Source: an uncultured bacterium (GTDB lineage Bacteria > Krumholzibacteriota > Krumholzibacteriia > JACNKJ01). Taken from it: DNA of 64,000 nt. Of the stretch, positions 1 through 9,016 are shown piece after piece (within the stretch, counting starts at the first letter, position 1; each line of letters starts with the position of its first letter). Location: positions 92,051-156,050 of the forward strand of contig CAYNQX010000002.1 of assembly GCA_964399495.1 (NCBI GenBank), read 5' to 3'. The position numbers and the translations under genes were made by a program. Under the pieces are notes generated by a model. That model was not told the origin of the DNA and did not search any database. It was given only the letters and a program-made list of their open reading frames with translations.

Positions 1-593
1 CGCTCACGAGCGCGCTGGACGCCAAGGACGCCTACACCCACGGACACTCCTATCGCGTGAGCCGCTACGCCGTGCAGCTCGGACGCGCCCTGGGCATGTC
101 GGCCAAGCGGCTGGAGCTGCTGGAGTACGCGGCGCTGCTGCACGACATCGGCAAGATCGGCGTGAGCGGCGACATCATTTCCAAGAACGGCAAGCTCACG
201 GACGAGGAGTACGAGTCGATGAAGGCCCATCCGGCCGCGGGCGCCCAGATCATCGAGCGGCTGAAGTTCCTCAAGGAGGCCGCCCAGATCGTGAAATACC
301 ATCACGAGCGCCCCGACGGACGCGGCTACCCCGACGGGCTCAAGGGGGAGGAGATCCCCTTCGAGGCGCGCATCCTCCAGGTGTGCGACACCCTGGACGC
401 CATGACGAGCACGCGCTCCTACCGCAAGGCCATGGACATCGAACGCTGCATGGAGGAGTTCCGCAAATACCGCGGCGTGCAGTTCGACCCCGAGGTCGTG
501 GACGCCCTGGTGGGCTTGCATCGGCGGGGCGAATTGGTTTTGATTGGCGATGAGCTGCCCGTCGAGATCTACGACGCGCTGAAGGACTACTAG
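1..593 (+). CDS. HD-GYP domain protein (cyclic-di-GMP phosphodiesterase family); 5' end lies outside the window
   Basis: Frame is open from the window start (...LDAKDAYTHGHSYRVSRYA...). HD motif LLHDIGKIG and GYP motif HHERPDGRGYPDG present. Listed ORF 57..593 is only the internal-Met part. Confidence 0.8.
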   Translation, partial: LTSALDAKDAYTHGHSYRVSRYAVQLGRALGMSAKRLELLEYAALLHDIGKIGVSGDIISKNGKLTDEEYESMKAHPAAGAQIIERLKFLKEAAQIVKYHHERPDGRGYPDGLKGEEIPFEARILQVCDTLDAMTSTRSYRKAMDIERCMEEFRKYRGVQFDPEVVDALVGLHRRGELVLIGDELPVEIYDALKDY

Positions 594-627
594 TCCCAGA
601 CACGACGCCCCCCGAGGAAGGTGAAGC

Positions 628-1644
628 ATGAAGTACCGCGACAGCGGCGTGGACATCGACAAGGCCACGCACGCACTGAAGCGCGCCGGCGAATCCGTGC
701 GCTCCACCTGGAACGAGCGGGTGCTGTCCGAACTCGGCGCCTTCGGCGGACTCTTCGACATGTCGGGCTTCGAGAACCCCGTGCTCGTGAGCAGCATCGA
801 CGGCGTGGGCACCAAGCTCAAGATCGCCTTCGCCACGGGCCGCCACGACACCGTGGGCGCCTGCCTCGTGAACCACTGCGTCAACGACATCCTCGTGCAG
901 GGCGCTCGCCCTCTGTTCTTCCTCGATTACTTCGGCACCGGAAAGCTGGGCGAGGGCGTGCTCGAGGCGGTGGTGGGGGGCATGGCCGCGGCCTGCCGCG
1001 AGAACGGCATGGCGCTGATCGGCGGCGAGACCGCCGAGATGCCCGGCTTCTACAGCGACGACGAGTACGATCTGGCCGGCTGCATCGTCGGCATGGTAAA
1101 CCGCGACAAGGTGGTGGACGGCGGCGCGATCAAGGCCGGCGACCTGCTGGTGGGCCTGGCCTCCACCGGCCTGCACACCAACGGCTACAGCCTCGCCCGC
1201 AAGGCGCTGCTCGAGGAGGCCGGCCTCGCCCTCGACGCAAAACCGGCCGGCCTCGAAGTCACCCTGGCCGACGCGCTCCTGGCCGTCCACCGCAGCTACC
1301 TGCCCCACGTGGTGAAGGCCGAGGCCGCCGGCGTGACGATGAAGGGCATGGTGCACCTGACCGGCGGCGGCTTCCTGGACAACATCCCCCGGATCCTGCC
1401 CGAGGGTTGCCGCGCCGTCATCGACACCGGCGCCTGGGACGTGCCGCCGATCTTCCGGCTCATCGCCGAGAAGGGTCAGGTGGAGCACGAGGAGATGCAC
1501 CGCGTCTTCAACATGGGCGTGGGCTACCTGCTGGCCATCGATCCCGGCGACCTGCCGGCCCTCGAGGGCGCAGGCCTCGAGGGCCTCATCGGCGTCGTGG
1601 GCCGCGTCGAGGCGGGCGAGAAGGGCGTGACCTTGGCCGGTTGA
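628..1644 (+). CDS. purM: phosphoribosylformylglycinamidine cyclo-ligase (AIR synthetase)
   Basis: 338 aa; N-terminus MKYRDSGVDIDKA and conserved SIDGVGTKLKIA / VNDILVQGA blocks typical of PurM; RBS GGAAGG upstream. Confidence 0.92.
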   Translation: MKYRDSGVDIDKATHALKRAGESVRSTWNERVLSELGAFGGLFDMSGFENPVLVSSIDGVGTKLKIAFATGRHDTVGACLVNHCVNDILVQGARPLFFLDYFGTGKLGEGVLEAVVGGMAAACRENGMALIGGETAEMPGFYSDDEYDLAGCIVGMVNRDKVVDGGAIKAGDLLVGLASTGLHTNGYSLARKALLEEAGLALDAKPAGLEVTLADALLAVHRSYLPHVVKAEAAGVTMKGMVHLTGGGFLDNIPRILPEGCRAVIDTGAWDVPPIFRLIAEKGQVEHEEMHRVFNMGVGYLLAIDPGDLPALEGAGLEGLIGVVGRVEAGEKGVTLAG

Positions 1645-1866
1645 TCTCGCCGGCGTCCGAGTTACCGTCACCGCCCGAACTCCCGCTCCCGCGGGTGTTT
1701 CCCGACTTTTCCCCAGGATGACGCGAGGGGTCGATCGTCACACCCGGGTTCCGACTTCACAGGAAGCACCCAAGGTGCTGGTATCCATGATGATACGTGT
1801 CCGCCCGGTCCGGAACGGCATTTGCCCCGGTGATGGCATACCCAAGCCGCACCTGGAGCTCAGCAC

Positions 1867-3315
1867 ATGCGCGTCGACCGCCCCACAGTTCCGGACGTCC
1901 AGCGCGGCGTTCGCCCCATGCTCAGTCTGCTCGAAGAGAGCCTGCCCGGCAGCCGCTGGGACCTGTTGCGCTGGAACGGAGCCGGGTCGCCCCGCTTCGT
2001 CATGGGGCGCCTGGACGGGCCGCATCCCGGTCTCGGCAAGCTCGACGAGGAAGGCGAGCTGCCTCCCTTTCTCCTGGAGCATCCCCGCGGCGGTCCCGCC
2101 GCCGAGCAGCTGAGCTTCGACTTCGGCGAGAGGGCCGAGGGGCCGCTTCTCGACTGGGTCTGGCCCTTGGGCCATCGCGAGCACGCGCCCTGGGTCTGCG
2201 GTCGATTGCGACGCCCCCAGGCCCGCGAGCTCTCCGAGCGGCAGAACTGGATCGCCGCCCTCTTCGGTGAGCTGGGGCAGCTCTGCGGCGAGCCGGACGC
2301 GATCGATCAGGGCGAGGAGCGCCTCTTTCAAGGCATCCTCCACCACACGGACAGCCCGATCGCGGGCCTGCTCGACCAGATCCGTCGCGTGGCGCGCAGC
2401 GACTCGCCGGTGTTCCTGCAGGGCGAGTCCGGCGTCGGCAAGGAGCTCTTCGCCCGGGCGATCCACCGGCTCAGTCCGCGGAACGATGGGAGTTTCGTGG
2501 CCCAGAACGGGGGCGCCCTCACGGACACCCTCATCGAGAGCGAGCTGTTCGGCCACTCCCGCGGCTCCTTCACCGGCGCCCGCGACGAGCGCGTGGGCCT
2601 GGTGGAACTGGCCCACGGCGGGACCTTCTTCCTGGACGAGGTCGGCGACCTCACGCCCATGCTGCAGGTGCGCCTGCTGCGGGTGCTCCAGGATCGGCAG
2701 ATCCGTCGGGTGGGGGAGAACCGTCTCCGACCCGTGGACTTCCGGCTCGTCACGGCGACCCACCGGGACATGGAGGAGCAGGTGCGCGCCGGGCGTTTCC
2801 GCCTGGACCTCTGGTACCGCATCCAGGGGGTGAGCCTGCGCATCCCGCCGCTGCGGGAACGGCTCATGGACATCCCCGTGCTCGCCACCGCCTTCCTGCT
2901 CGAGGGCGCCGAGCGGGCGAGCCTGCCCATGCGAAGCGTGAGCGCCGACGCCCTCCGCGCGCTCTGTCGTTACCGCTGGCCCGGAAACGTGCGCGAGCTG
3001 GAGAACGAGATCGGCAGGATCCTCGCGCTCTACGGCGACGCCGATCGTCTCGAGCGCTGGATGCTCTCCGACTCGCTGTTCGCGGGCAAGCACGACCCCC
3101 TGCCCGCGAGCCTCTCCGGTCTCACTCTCCAGGAGGCCCAGCGCGACCTGGAGCAGCGGATGATCCGGCATGTGCTGGGTCGCTACGGGGGCAATCGCAG
3201 CCGGAGCGCCAGGGCGCTGGGTCTCAGCCGGCAGGGACTGCTGAAGAAGCTCAAGCGTCTGGGCATGGAGCGGGTCGCGCGTCCGCTGCCCGGGGTCCTG
3301 GCCGAGAAGGGCTGA
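1867..3315 (+). CDS. sigma-54-dependent transcriptional activator (AAA+ enhancer-binding protein) with an unassigned N-terminal domain
   Basis: Walker A GESGVGKE, GAFTGA-like GSFTGA, Walker B GTFFLDEVGDL, C-terminal Fis-type HTH (LSRQGLLKKLKRLG). The N-terminal ~160 aa is not a receiver domain. Start codon uncertain (1867 or a downstream Met). Confidence 0.85.
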   Translation: MRVDRPTVPDVQRGVRPMLSLLEESLPGSRWDLLRWNGAGSPRFVMGRLDGPHPGLGKLDEEGELPPFLLEHPRGGPAAEQLSFDFGERAEGPLLDWVWPLGHREHAPWVCGRLRRPQARELSERQNWIAALFGELGQLCGEPDAIDQGEERLFQGILHHTDSPIAGLLDQIRRVARSDSPVFLQGESGVGKELFARAIHRLSPRNDGSFVAQNGGALTDTLIESELFGHSRGSFTGARDERVGLVELAHGGTFFLDEVGDLTPMLQVRLLRVLQDRQIRRVGENRLRPVDFRLVTATHRDMEEQVRAGRFRLDLWYRIQGVSLRIPPLRERLMDIPVLATAFLLEGAERASLPMRSVSADALRALCRYRWPGNVRELENEIGRILALYGDADRLERWMLSDSLFAGKHDPLPASLSGLTLQEAQRDLEQRMIRHVLGRYGGNRSRSARALGLSRQGLLKKLKRLGMERVARPLPGVLAEKG

Positions 3316-3401
3316 GGCCCGAATCCGGAGCCCGGGTTTCCCTTGGCTCGGATCGGCCCCGGCCCTACAATGCCGGGAGCCCGATCCGGGAGCCTCAGCC
3401 C

Positions 3402-4949
3402 ATGAGAATCCGACTCGCCGCCGCGGGGATCGTCTCCGCACTGCTGTTCCACTTTGCGCTTCCCGGCCTCGGCCTTCCCTGGCTGGGTTGGCTGGCCCTG
3501 CTGCCCCTGCTCGGGGCCCTGGCCCGCTGGCGCCCCGGGTCCAGGCTCGCGGGCCGCTGGCTCGCCTGGCCCTTCGCCCTGGTCTTCGGCACCCTCACCT
3601 TTCGCTGGATGACCGCCCTCTCTCCCGCCGCCGACATGACCCAGCCCTGGCTGATGGCGCCGGGTGTGCTGCTGTGGGTGCTCTACCTGGGGCTCTACCC
3701 CTGGGCCTTCGTCCGCATCGTCGCGATGCTGCGGGAGCGTCACGGCCCGGGCGCGCTCCTGCTCGCGCCGCCGCTCTGGACCGCCTTCGAGTGGCTCAAG
3801 GGCAGCGGCATCCTGGCCTTCAGCTGGGTCCACCTGTCCCAGACGCAGGCCGCTCCAGGCGGCTATCTCGCGCCGGCGGGTTGGCTGGGAGGCCTGGGCC
3901 TCGGTTTCCTGATGGTGACCGTCCAGGTCGGCGCGGCGCTGCTTCTGGTCGCGTCCTGGCGACGAAGGGGGGCGATGGCGCTGGGGGCCGCTCTGGCCGT
4001 CGCGCTCCTCGCGGCGATCCCCGGCCACAGGGTGGCGGACGGTTCCGTGAAGGTGGCCGCGCTGCAGGGCAACGTGGCGCTGGAGGACAAGTGGGAGCCG
4101 CACTTCCGCATGGAGAACCTGCGGATCTACGGCGAGCTGGGCGCCCGGGCGGTGGCCGAGGGGGCGGAGCTGCTCGTCTGGCCCGAGACGGCCTTCCCCG
4201 TGAGCATCTTCTACGACCGCGGCGCCGAGCAGGCGCTGCGGCGGACGGCCATGGATCTGGACGCGGAGATCATCACCGGCTTCCAGGGCCTCGCGGCCGC
4301 CGCGCCCGTCGGCTACAGCTATCGCAACGCCTGCGGACTGATCGGCGCCAACGGCGCCTTCGAGGGCTGCTACAGCAAGGTGAGGCTGCTTCCCTTCGGC
4401 GAGCGGATCCCCCTGGCCGATCTTCTCGCGCCCGGACTGGAGATCGATCTGGGCCAGAGCAACTTCACGCCGGGCCGCGACGTGCGGATCTTCCGGGGCC
4501 GCAGCCTGCGCCTGGCTCCCTTCATCTGCTACGAGATGGGCTTCGCATCCGATGTTCGCCGCGCGGCGCGGCGGGGCGCCGAGCTGCTCGTGAACATCTC
4601 CAACGACGGCTGGTTCGACCACCCCCTGGCTCTGAACCTCCACGCCGCCCTCTCGCCCATGCGCGCCGCGGAGAACGGCGCGCCGGTGCTGCGTTGCGGG
4701 AACAACGGGGTCACGGAGATCCTCGACGCCGGGGGGCGGCGCATCGGGCGGCTGCCCGTGAACGTGCGGGAGATCCTGACGGCGGAGATCCATCCGCCCG
4801 CCCGCGCGAGCTTCTACGCCCGGACGGGCGCCTGGAGCGGCCCGCTGCTGCTGGGGCTCTACTCGCTGGCGGCGGTAATGCTGCTCCGGCGATCCAGGGA
4901 GCTCGGGGAACCGTCGGCGTCTTCGCAGGCGGACCAGAGGCTGTCGTAG
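3402..4949 (+). CDS. lnt: apolipoprotein N-acyltransferase
   Basis: 515 aa; multi-TM N-terminal region followed by a carbon-nitrogen hydrolase domain with FICYEMGF motif; final TM helix near the C-terminus. Confidence 0.85.
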   Translation: MRIRLAAAGIVSALLFHFALPGLGLPWLGWLALLPLLGALARWRPGSRLAGRWLAWPFALVFGTLTFRWMTALSPAADMTQPWLMAPGVLLWVLYLGLYPWAFVRIVAMLRERHGPGALLLAPPLWTAFEWLKGSGILAFSWVHLSQTQAAPGGYLAPAGWLGGLGLGFLMVTVQVGAALLLVASWRRRGAMALGAALAVALLAAIPGHRVADGSVKVAALQGNVALEDKWEPHFRMENLRIYGELGARAVAEGAELLVWPETAFPVSIFYDRGAEQALRRTAMDLDAEIITGFQGLAAAAPVGYSYRNACGLIGANGAFEGCYSKVRLLPFGERIPLADLLAPGLEIDLGQSNFTPGRDVRIFRGRSLRLAPFICYEMGFASDVRRAARRGAELLVNISNDGWFDHPLALNLHAALSPMRAAENGAPVLRCGNNGVTEILDAGGRRIGRLPVNVREILTAEIHPPARASFYARTGAWSGPLLLGLYSLAAVMLLRRSRELGEPSASSQADQRLS

Positions 4950-6163
4950 CGCGCGACCACGAGGTCGAACTCGCCCCGCCGCGCGTCCGGCAAGGGCGAT
5001 GATGGGTCGCTGCGGAAGCTGCGCGGATCCACGTAGCTCCCGTTCACCCTGATGCGATAGTCCAGGTGCGGCCCCGTCGACAGTCCGCTGCTTCCCACGT
5101 AACCGATCACCTGCCCCTTGGCGACCCGCTGGCCGCGGCTCGTGCCCCGCGCGAAACGGGAGAGGTGCATGTAGGTGGTCTCGATGCCGCCCGGGTGTCG
5201 CAGCTTGATATGCCGCCCCGCCCCGCCGCCGTTGGCGCGGACGCTCACGGTGCCGTCCGCGGTGGCCAGCACCGGCGTGCCCATGGGCGCGGCGTAGTCC
5301 ACGCCGTAGTGGGGGCGGTGGATGCCCAGGATCGGATGACGCCGCCGGTGGCTGAAGCCGGAACTGATGCGCGAGTAGTTGAGCGGCGCCTTCAGGAACT
5401 GCCGCTCGAGGGAGCTGCCGTCGGTGTGGTAGTAGTGGCGCCGGCCCTGCTCGCCGGGGAACAGGTAGGCCATGCTCGGCCTGTCGCCCACGCGCATGCG
5501 CGCCGCGAGCACGCGGGTCTTGGCCTCGGGGCGGTCGAGGCGGCGGCCGCTCTCGACAAGAATTTCCATGGTGTCGCCCTCGCGCAGGTCGAGGAAGAAA
5601 TCCACTTCGCCGGCGAAGAGATCGGCGACGCGGGTGGCCAGGTTGCCGCTGACGCCCTGCGATTCCAGGGATTCGTAGAAGGAGGGATCCAGTTCCGCCA
5701 CGAGGGCGCGGGGGCGCCAGTTAAGCTCCGCGCGGATGACCTCGGCGCGGAATCCCCATTCGGCGGAGGAGGCGCGCCTCGCGCAGAGATCGTTCAGGTA
5801 GTCGATTCCGTACTCGAGACCGAGCAACTCGCCCCGCCCGTCCCAGTGGATCGTGAGCGTGCGGCCCGTGCGGAAGCTGCCCAGATCGAAGGCGGACGCC
5901 ATCGCGCGGGTGAGGGCTGTCCGCGTGTCGCCCGCGATGCCGGCCTGGCGCAGGAGGCCGTCGAGGGTGTCGCCGCGACGGAAGGTCAGCGTCTCGCTGC
6001 GGCCCGCGGGGCCGAAGCAATCGGGGTGACTCGGGGGACGCTCGATGGGCGGGGGCGCGACGACGATCGGCGCCTCGGGCGGCGGCGCCTCGCCGCAGGC
6101 GACGGCCAGCAGGGAGAGAGTCGCGACGAGCAGAGCATGCGTCGGGGTGGGTCGCCAGTGCAA
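4859..6163 (-). CDS. M23 family metallopeptidase, lipoprotein
   Basis: Signal/lipobox LLAVAC; M23 motifs HYGVDYAAPMGTPV and GSSGLSTGPHLDYR; 3' end overlaps the lnt tail convergently. Confidence 0.85.
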   Translation of the reverse strand: MHWRPTPTHALLVATLSLLAVACGEAPPPEAPIVVAPPPIERPPSHPDCFGPAGRSETLTFRRGDTLDGLLRQAGIAGDTRTALTRAMASAFDLGSFRTGRTLTIHWDGRGELLGLEYGIDYLNDLCARRASSAEWGFRAEVIRAELNWRPRALVAELDPSFYESLESQGVSGNLATRVADLFAGEVDFFLDLREGDTMEILVESGRRLDRPEAKTRVLAARMRVGDRPSMAYLFPGEQGRRHYYHTDGSSLERQFLKAPLNYSRISSGFSHRRRHPILGIHRPHYGVDYAAPMGTPVLATADGTVSVRANGGGAGRHIKLRHPGGIETTYMHLSRFARGTSRGQRVAKGQVIGYVGSSGLSTGPHLDYRIRVNGSYVDPRSFRSDPSSPLPDARRGEFDLVVARYDSLWSACEDADGSPSSLDRRSSITAASE

Positions 6164-6178
6164 TCCGGGGTTCCTCGC

Positions 6179-7414
6179 TTACAGCTCTTCCAGGATGAAG
6201 ACGGTGCGATGTCGCCCGTCCTCATCCCACTGGACGCCCAGGGAGGCGCGGAGCAGGTGACGCGTGGGCAGCGCCAGGCTCAGCCCCAGGCCCCAGTCCC
6301 AGGCCGTGGAGAAATCCAGCCGACGATACTCGCGATACCGCGCGCCCTCCAAGAGGAAATAGGGCCCCAGCGCCATTCGTTCGAGTTCGGCGCCGCGGCG
6401 CAGGCGCACCGGCACGTGGAAGATGCGGAGATCCGCGCGCAGCCGTCCGAAGTGGAACTCCCGCGCGGGGAAGAGGCCGATGTCGTAGGCCCGCAGATAG
6501 CGCCAGGCGGAGAGATGAGGGATCTCCACGAGCGGGCTGGCGTGGGAGGCCAGCCCGGAGGCGAGGCGGGTGTTCAACTGCCAGCGCCCGAACCTGCGGT
6601 CGGCGTCCAGGGCCAGCACGCCGCGCCCGTAGCCCCTTTCGTCGGAGGGGTTCCGTAGCTCCGCGTCGAGGGAGAGTCGGAGCACGCGACCCGGCAGCGG
6701 CTGACGCAGCGCGAGGCGCGAGAGCATGTGCGTCTCGCTGCCGTCGAGGTCCCGTCCGGCCGCGGGGTCGCTGTCCACCCGCTCCCAGCCGCCCATGAGG
6801 CCGAGCCGACCGCCGGCGGGGAGCCGGAACGTGGGTCCGGCCAGGCTCCACCAGCGGGTTACGCGGCTCGTGATGAACGGGTTGTCGTAGTCGCTGATGC
6901 CCAGTTCGAAACCGAGGGTGGGGAGCTTGCGGCTCAGGCGGAAGTCCTCCATCCGCAGCAGGCCCTCGGCGTAGGAGCCCACGAGCACCCGGCCCAGCCA
7001 GCGCTCGGCGCGGCCGAGAATGGCCACGCCCTCCACCTGCAGCCCACCGTCCAGTTCTCCATCGTCCAGCACGGTCGCGTAGGGGGAGAAGTTCAGACGG
7101 CTGGCCTCCCGCACGCGCAGGTGCAGGTGCATGCCCAGCTCGCCCACCCGGCTCTCGACCCTGAGGACCCGGAGATAGGGGAGATGACGGCCCCGCCGTT
7201 CGAGTTCGCGCTCGAGATCGGGCCGGTAGGGATCGCCCTCGCGCAGGGCGAGATCGTCGAGCAACTGATCGCGCTCGACGCGGTGAAGGCCCTGAACCAG
7301 GATGGTGGCGACTCGCAGATCACTTTCGGCGCCCGTCGCGAGGGCCGGCGCGAGGAGCTGAGGGCCGAAGATCGCCATGAGGGACAGGGCGACGGCGAGG
7401 CGGTGGGCGCGCAT
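6179..7414 (-). CDS. Omp85/BamA-family outer-membrane protein with a single POTRA-like domain (short form)
   Basis: Signal peptide; POTRA-like N-terminus (VQGLHRVERDQLLDDLALREGDPY). C-terminal region has an alternating beta-strand pattern. Ends 16 nt upstream of the M23 gene start (operon). Confidence 0.5.
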   Translation of the reverse strand: MRAHRLAVALSLMAIFGPQLLAPALATGAESDLRVATILVQGLHRVERDQLLDDLALREGDPYRPDLERELERRGRHLPYLRVLRVESRVGELGMHLHLRVREASRLNFSPYATVLDDGELDGGLQVEGVAILGRAERWLGRVLVGSYAEGLLRMEDFRLSRKLPTLGFELGISDYDNPFITSRVTRWWSLAGPTFRLPAGGRLGLMGGWERVDSDPAAGRDLDGSETHMLSRLALRQPLPGRVLRLSLDAELRNPSDERGYGRGVLALDADRRFGRWQLNTRLASGLASHASPLVEIPHLSAWRYLRAYDIGLFPAREFHFGRLRADLRIFHVPVRLRRGAELERMALGPYFLLEGARYREYRRLDFSTAWDWGLGLSLALPTRHLLRASLGVQWDEDGRHRTVFILEEL

Positions 7415-7505
7415 GGGTTCTCCTTCCGGCCCACCGCGTCGGCGGACACCCGGGGAAGTTATCGGCCGGTGGAGGGCGGGTCAATGCGAGAGTCGCGCTG
7501 CGCGC

Positions 7506-7534
7506 TTGGACCGTTTCCCGGCCCCTGCTAATGT
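7506..7534 (+). promoter_or_regulatory. putative sigma-70-type promoter for the alaX-like gene (TTGGAC-N17-TAATGT)
   Basis: TTGGAC at 7506-7511 and TAATGT at 7529-7534 with a 17-nt spacer, 33 nt upstream of ATG 7568. Sits in the divergent intergenic region. Confidence 0.4.
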
Positions 7535-7567
7535 AGCCCGTCGGGCCGAACCGCGAGGAGGAGACCC

Positions 7568-8770
7568 ATGGAGCCGAAACCCTACTGGCAGGAGCCCGCG
7601 CCGCTCGAGTGCGATACCGAGTCCCTCGAGGAGCGCGTCGAGGGCGACGAGCTGTGGGTGCGCCCCACGCCCTGCATCTTCTACCCGACCTCCGGCGGTC
7701 AGCGGGCCGATCGCGGCCGTCTGGGCGATCGCGAGGTGCTGGATGTCCGCCTCGAGGACGAGGCCGTCTGGCTGCGCCTGGCCGAGAGGCCCTCGCCGGG
7801 AATGCTCCGCCAGCAGGTCGACCCCGAGGCGCGCCGCGACCACAGCGAACAGCACAGCGGGCAGCACCTGCTGAGCGCCGTCTTCATCGAGCTGCAGGGC
7901 GCGGCCACGCTCTCTTTTCACATGGGCGCGACGGTGTCGACGATCGAGCTGGACACGGCCGAGCTCGAGGACGCTCAGCTCCGCCGGGCCGAGGCGCGCG
8001 CCTGGGAGCTCATACGGGAGTGCCGGCCCCTGCGGGTCCTCTATCCGGAAGCCCGGGAGGCCGCGGCCATGCCCCTGCGCAAGGAGCCCCAGGTGGAGGG
8101 CTCGCTCCGGGTGATCGAGATCGAGGGGGTCGACCTGTCGGCCTGCGGCGGCACGCATGTCGCGAACACCGGCGCGCTCGGCGCGCTGTTCATCGGCAGG
8201 CGGGAACGGATCCGCGGCCGCTGGCGCGTGGAGTTCGTCGTGGGCGAGCGCGCCCTTCGCGCCGCCGGATCGGCCCTCACCGGCGCGCGATCGCTGGCCG
8301 AGACGCTCTCCTGCGGGCCCGAGGAACTCGCCGAGCGGGTGGAGGTTCTGCGCGCGGATGCCGTCGCGCTGGGGAAGACGCGTCGCAAGCTCGAGTCTCT
8401 CGAGGCCGCGTCCGAGGCGCGGGAGCTCGCGAACTCACCGGACTGGGAGACCTTGCCGGGGGGCTGGCGGCTGCTGACGCGGGAGTACGATGGCCGATCG
8501 CCCGCCGCCCTGGCGGATCTGGCCGGCGCCCTCTGCGCCGGGTCCGGGCGGATCCTGCTGGCCTGCTCCCGCGAGGGCGGGAACGGCCACCTGCTCCTGC
8601 AGCGGAGCCGGGGCGATGGCCCCGATCTGGGCGCCCTGCTGCGCGGCCTGCTCGAAGGCGTCGATGGCCGTGGGGGCGGAGGGCCCGATCGGGCCCAGGG
8701 CCGCGTGACCTCTGCGGCGGCGGCGGGAGTGCTGGCGGAAGCCGGGAAGCGACTGACGGCGGGGGAGTGA
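7568..8770 (+). CDS. alaX: AlaX-like alanyl-tRNA editing (trans-editing) protein, long form
   Basis: Zinc-binding HxxxH (HSGQHLL) and CxxxH (CGGTHV) motifs of the AlaRS editing domain; ~400 aa is consistent with the AlaX-L architecture. Confidence 0.7.
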   Translation: MEPKPYWQEPAPLECDTESLEERVEGDELWVRPTPCIFYPTSGGQRADRGRLGDREVLDVRLEDEAVWLRLAERPSPGMLRQQVDPEARRDHSEQHSGQHLLSAVFIELQGAATLSFHMGATVSTIELDTAELEDAQLRRAEARAWELIRECRPLRVLYPEAREAAAMPLRKEPQVEGSLRVIEIEGVDLSACGGTHVANTGALGALFIGRRERIRGRWRVEFVVGERALRAAGSALTGARSLAETLSCGPEELAERVEVLRADAVALGKTRRKLESLEAASEARELANSPDWETLPGGWRLLTREYDGRSPAALADLAGALCAGSGRILLACSREGGNGHLLLQRSRGDGPDLGALLRGLLEGVDGRGGGGPDRAQGRVTSAAAAGVLAEAGKRLTAGE

Positions 8771-8777
8771 GGGGCCC

Positions 8778-8821
8778 AAAAAAAGGGAAAGCAACTTCGA
8801 GCGATCGAAAGTTGCTTTCCC
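8778..8821 (-). terminator. Rho-independent terminator downstream of prmA (hairpin then T7 on the minus strand)
   Basis: Perfect 13-bp stem GGGAAAGCAACTT / AAGTTGCTTTCCC, extended by CGA/TCG with a 1-nt bulge. Flanked by A7 on the plus strand, i.e. T7 immediately 3' on the minus strand. No U-tract on the plus strand. Confidence 0.6.
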
Positions 8822-9016
8822 GGATTACCCCTGCTGCCCTGTCTATATCAAGTCCGATGCCAGTTTTCTGGGATTTCGACCAACTTTGTTAATGCGGTGA
8901 TAGTAGGCGGTTAGCGGGATCACTTGAAGTGGTCTCGGCGTGGCCTCGTGCCGGGTTTCGCACCGTGGAGGCGACACGCCGTCCTCCTTTGCGGACAGTT
9001 CGGGCGGCGCGTCCGG

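Noticed and set aside
1834-1850. TGGCAT-N-GC element upstream of the sigma-54 activator gene, considered as a sigma-54 promoter
   Set aside because: GG-to-GC spacing is one nucleotide short of the canonical -24/-12 arrangement
1738-3441. 567-aa ORF on the minus strand opposite the sigma-54 activator. Similar long antisense or alternate-frame ORFs occur at 340..1671, 3183..4793, 5066..6658, 10075..11955, 10598..12835, 15276..17786, 18726..22592 and 23327..26152
   Set aside because: Typical high-GC artefacts: Ala/Arg/Gly/Pro-rich, no motifs, and they overlap well-supported genes on the other strand or frame
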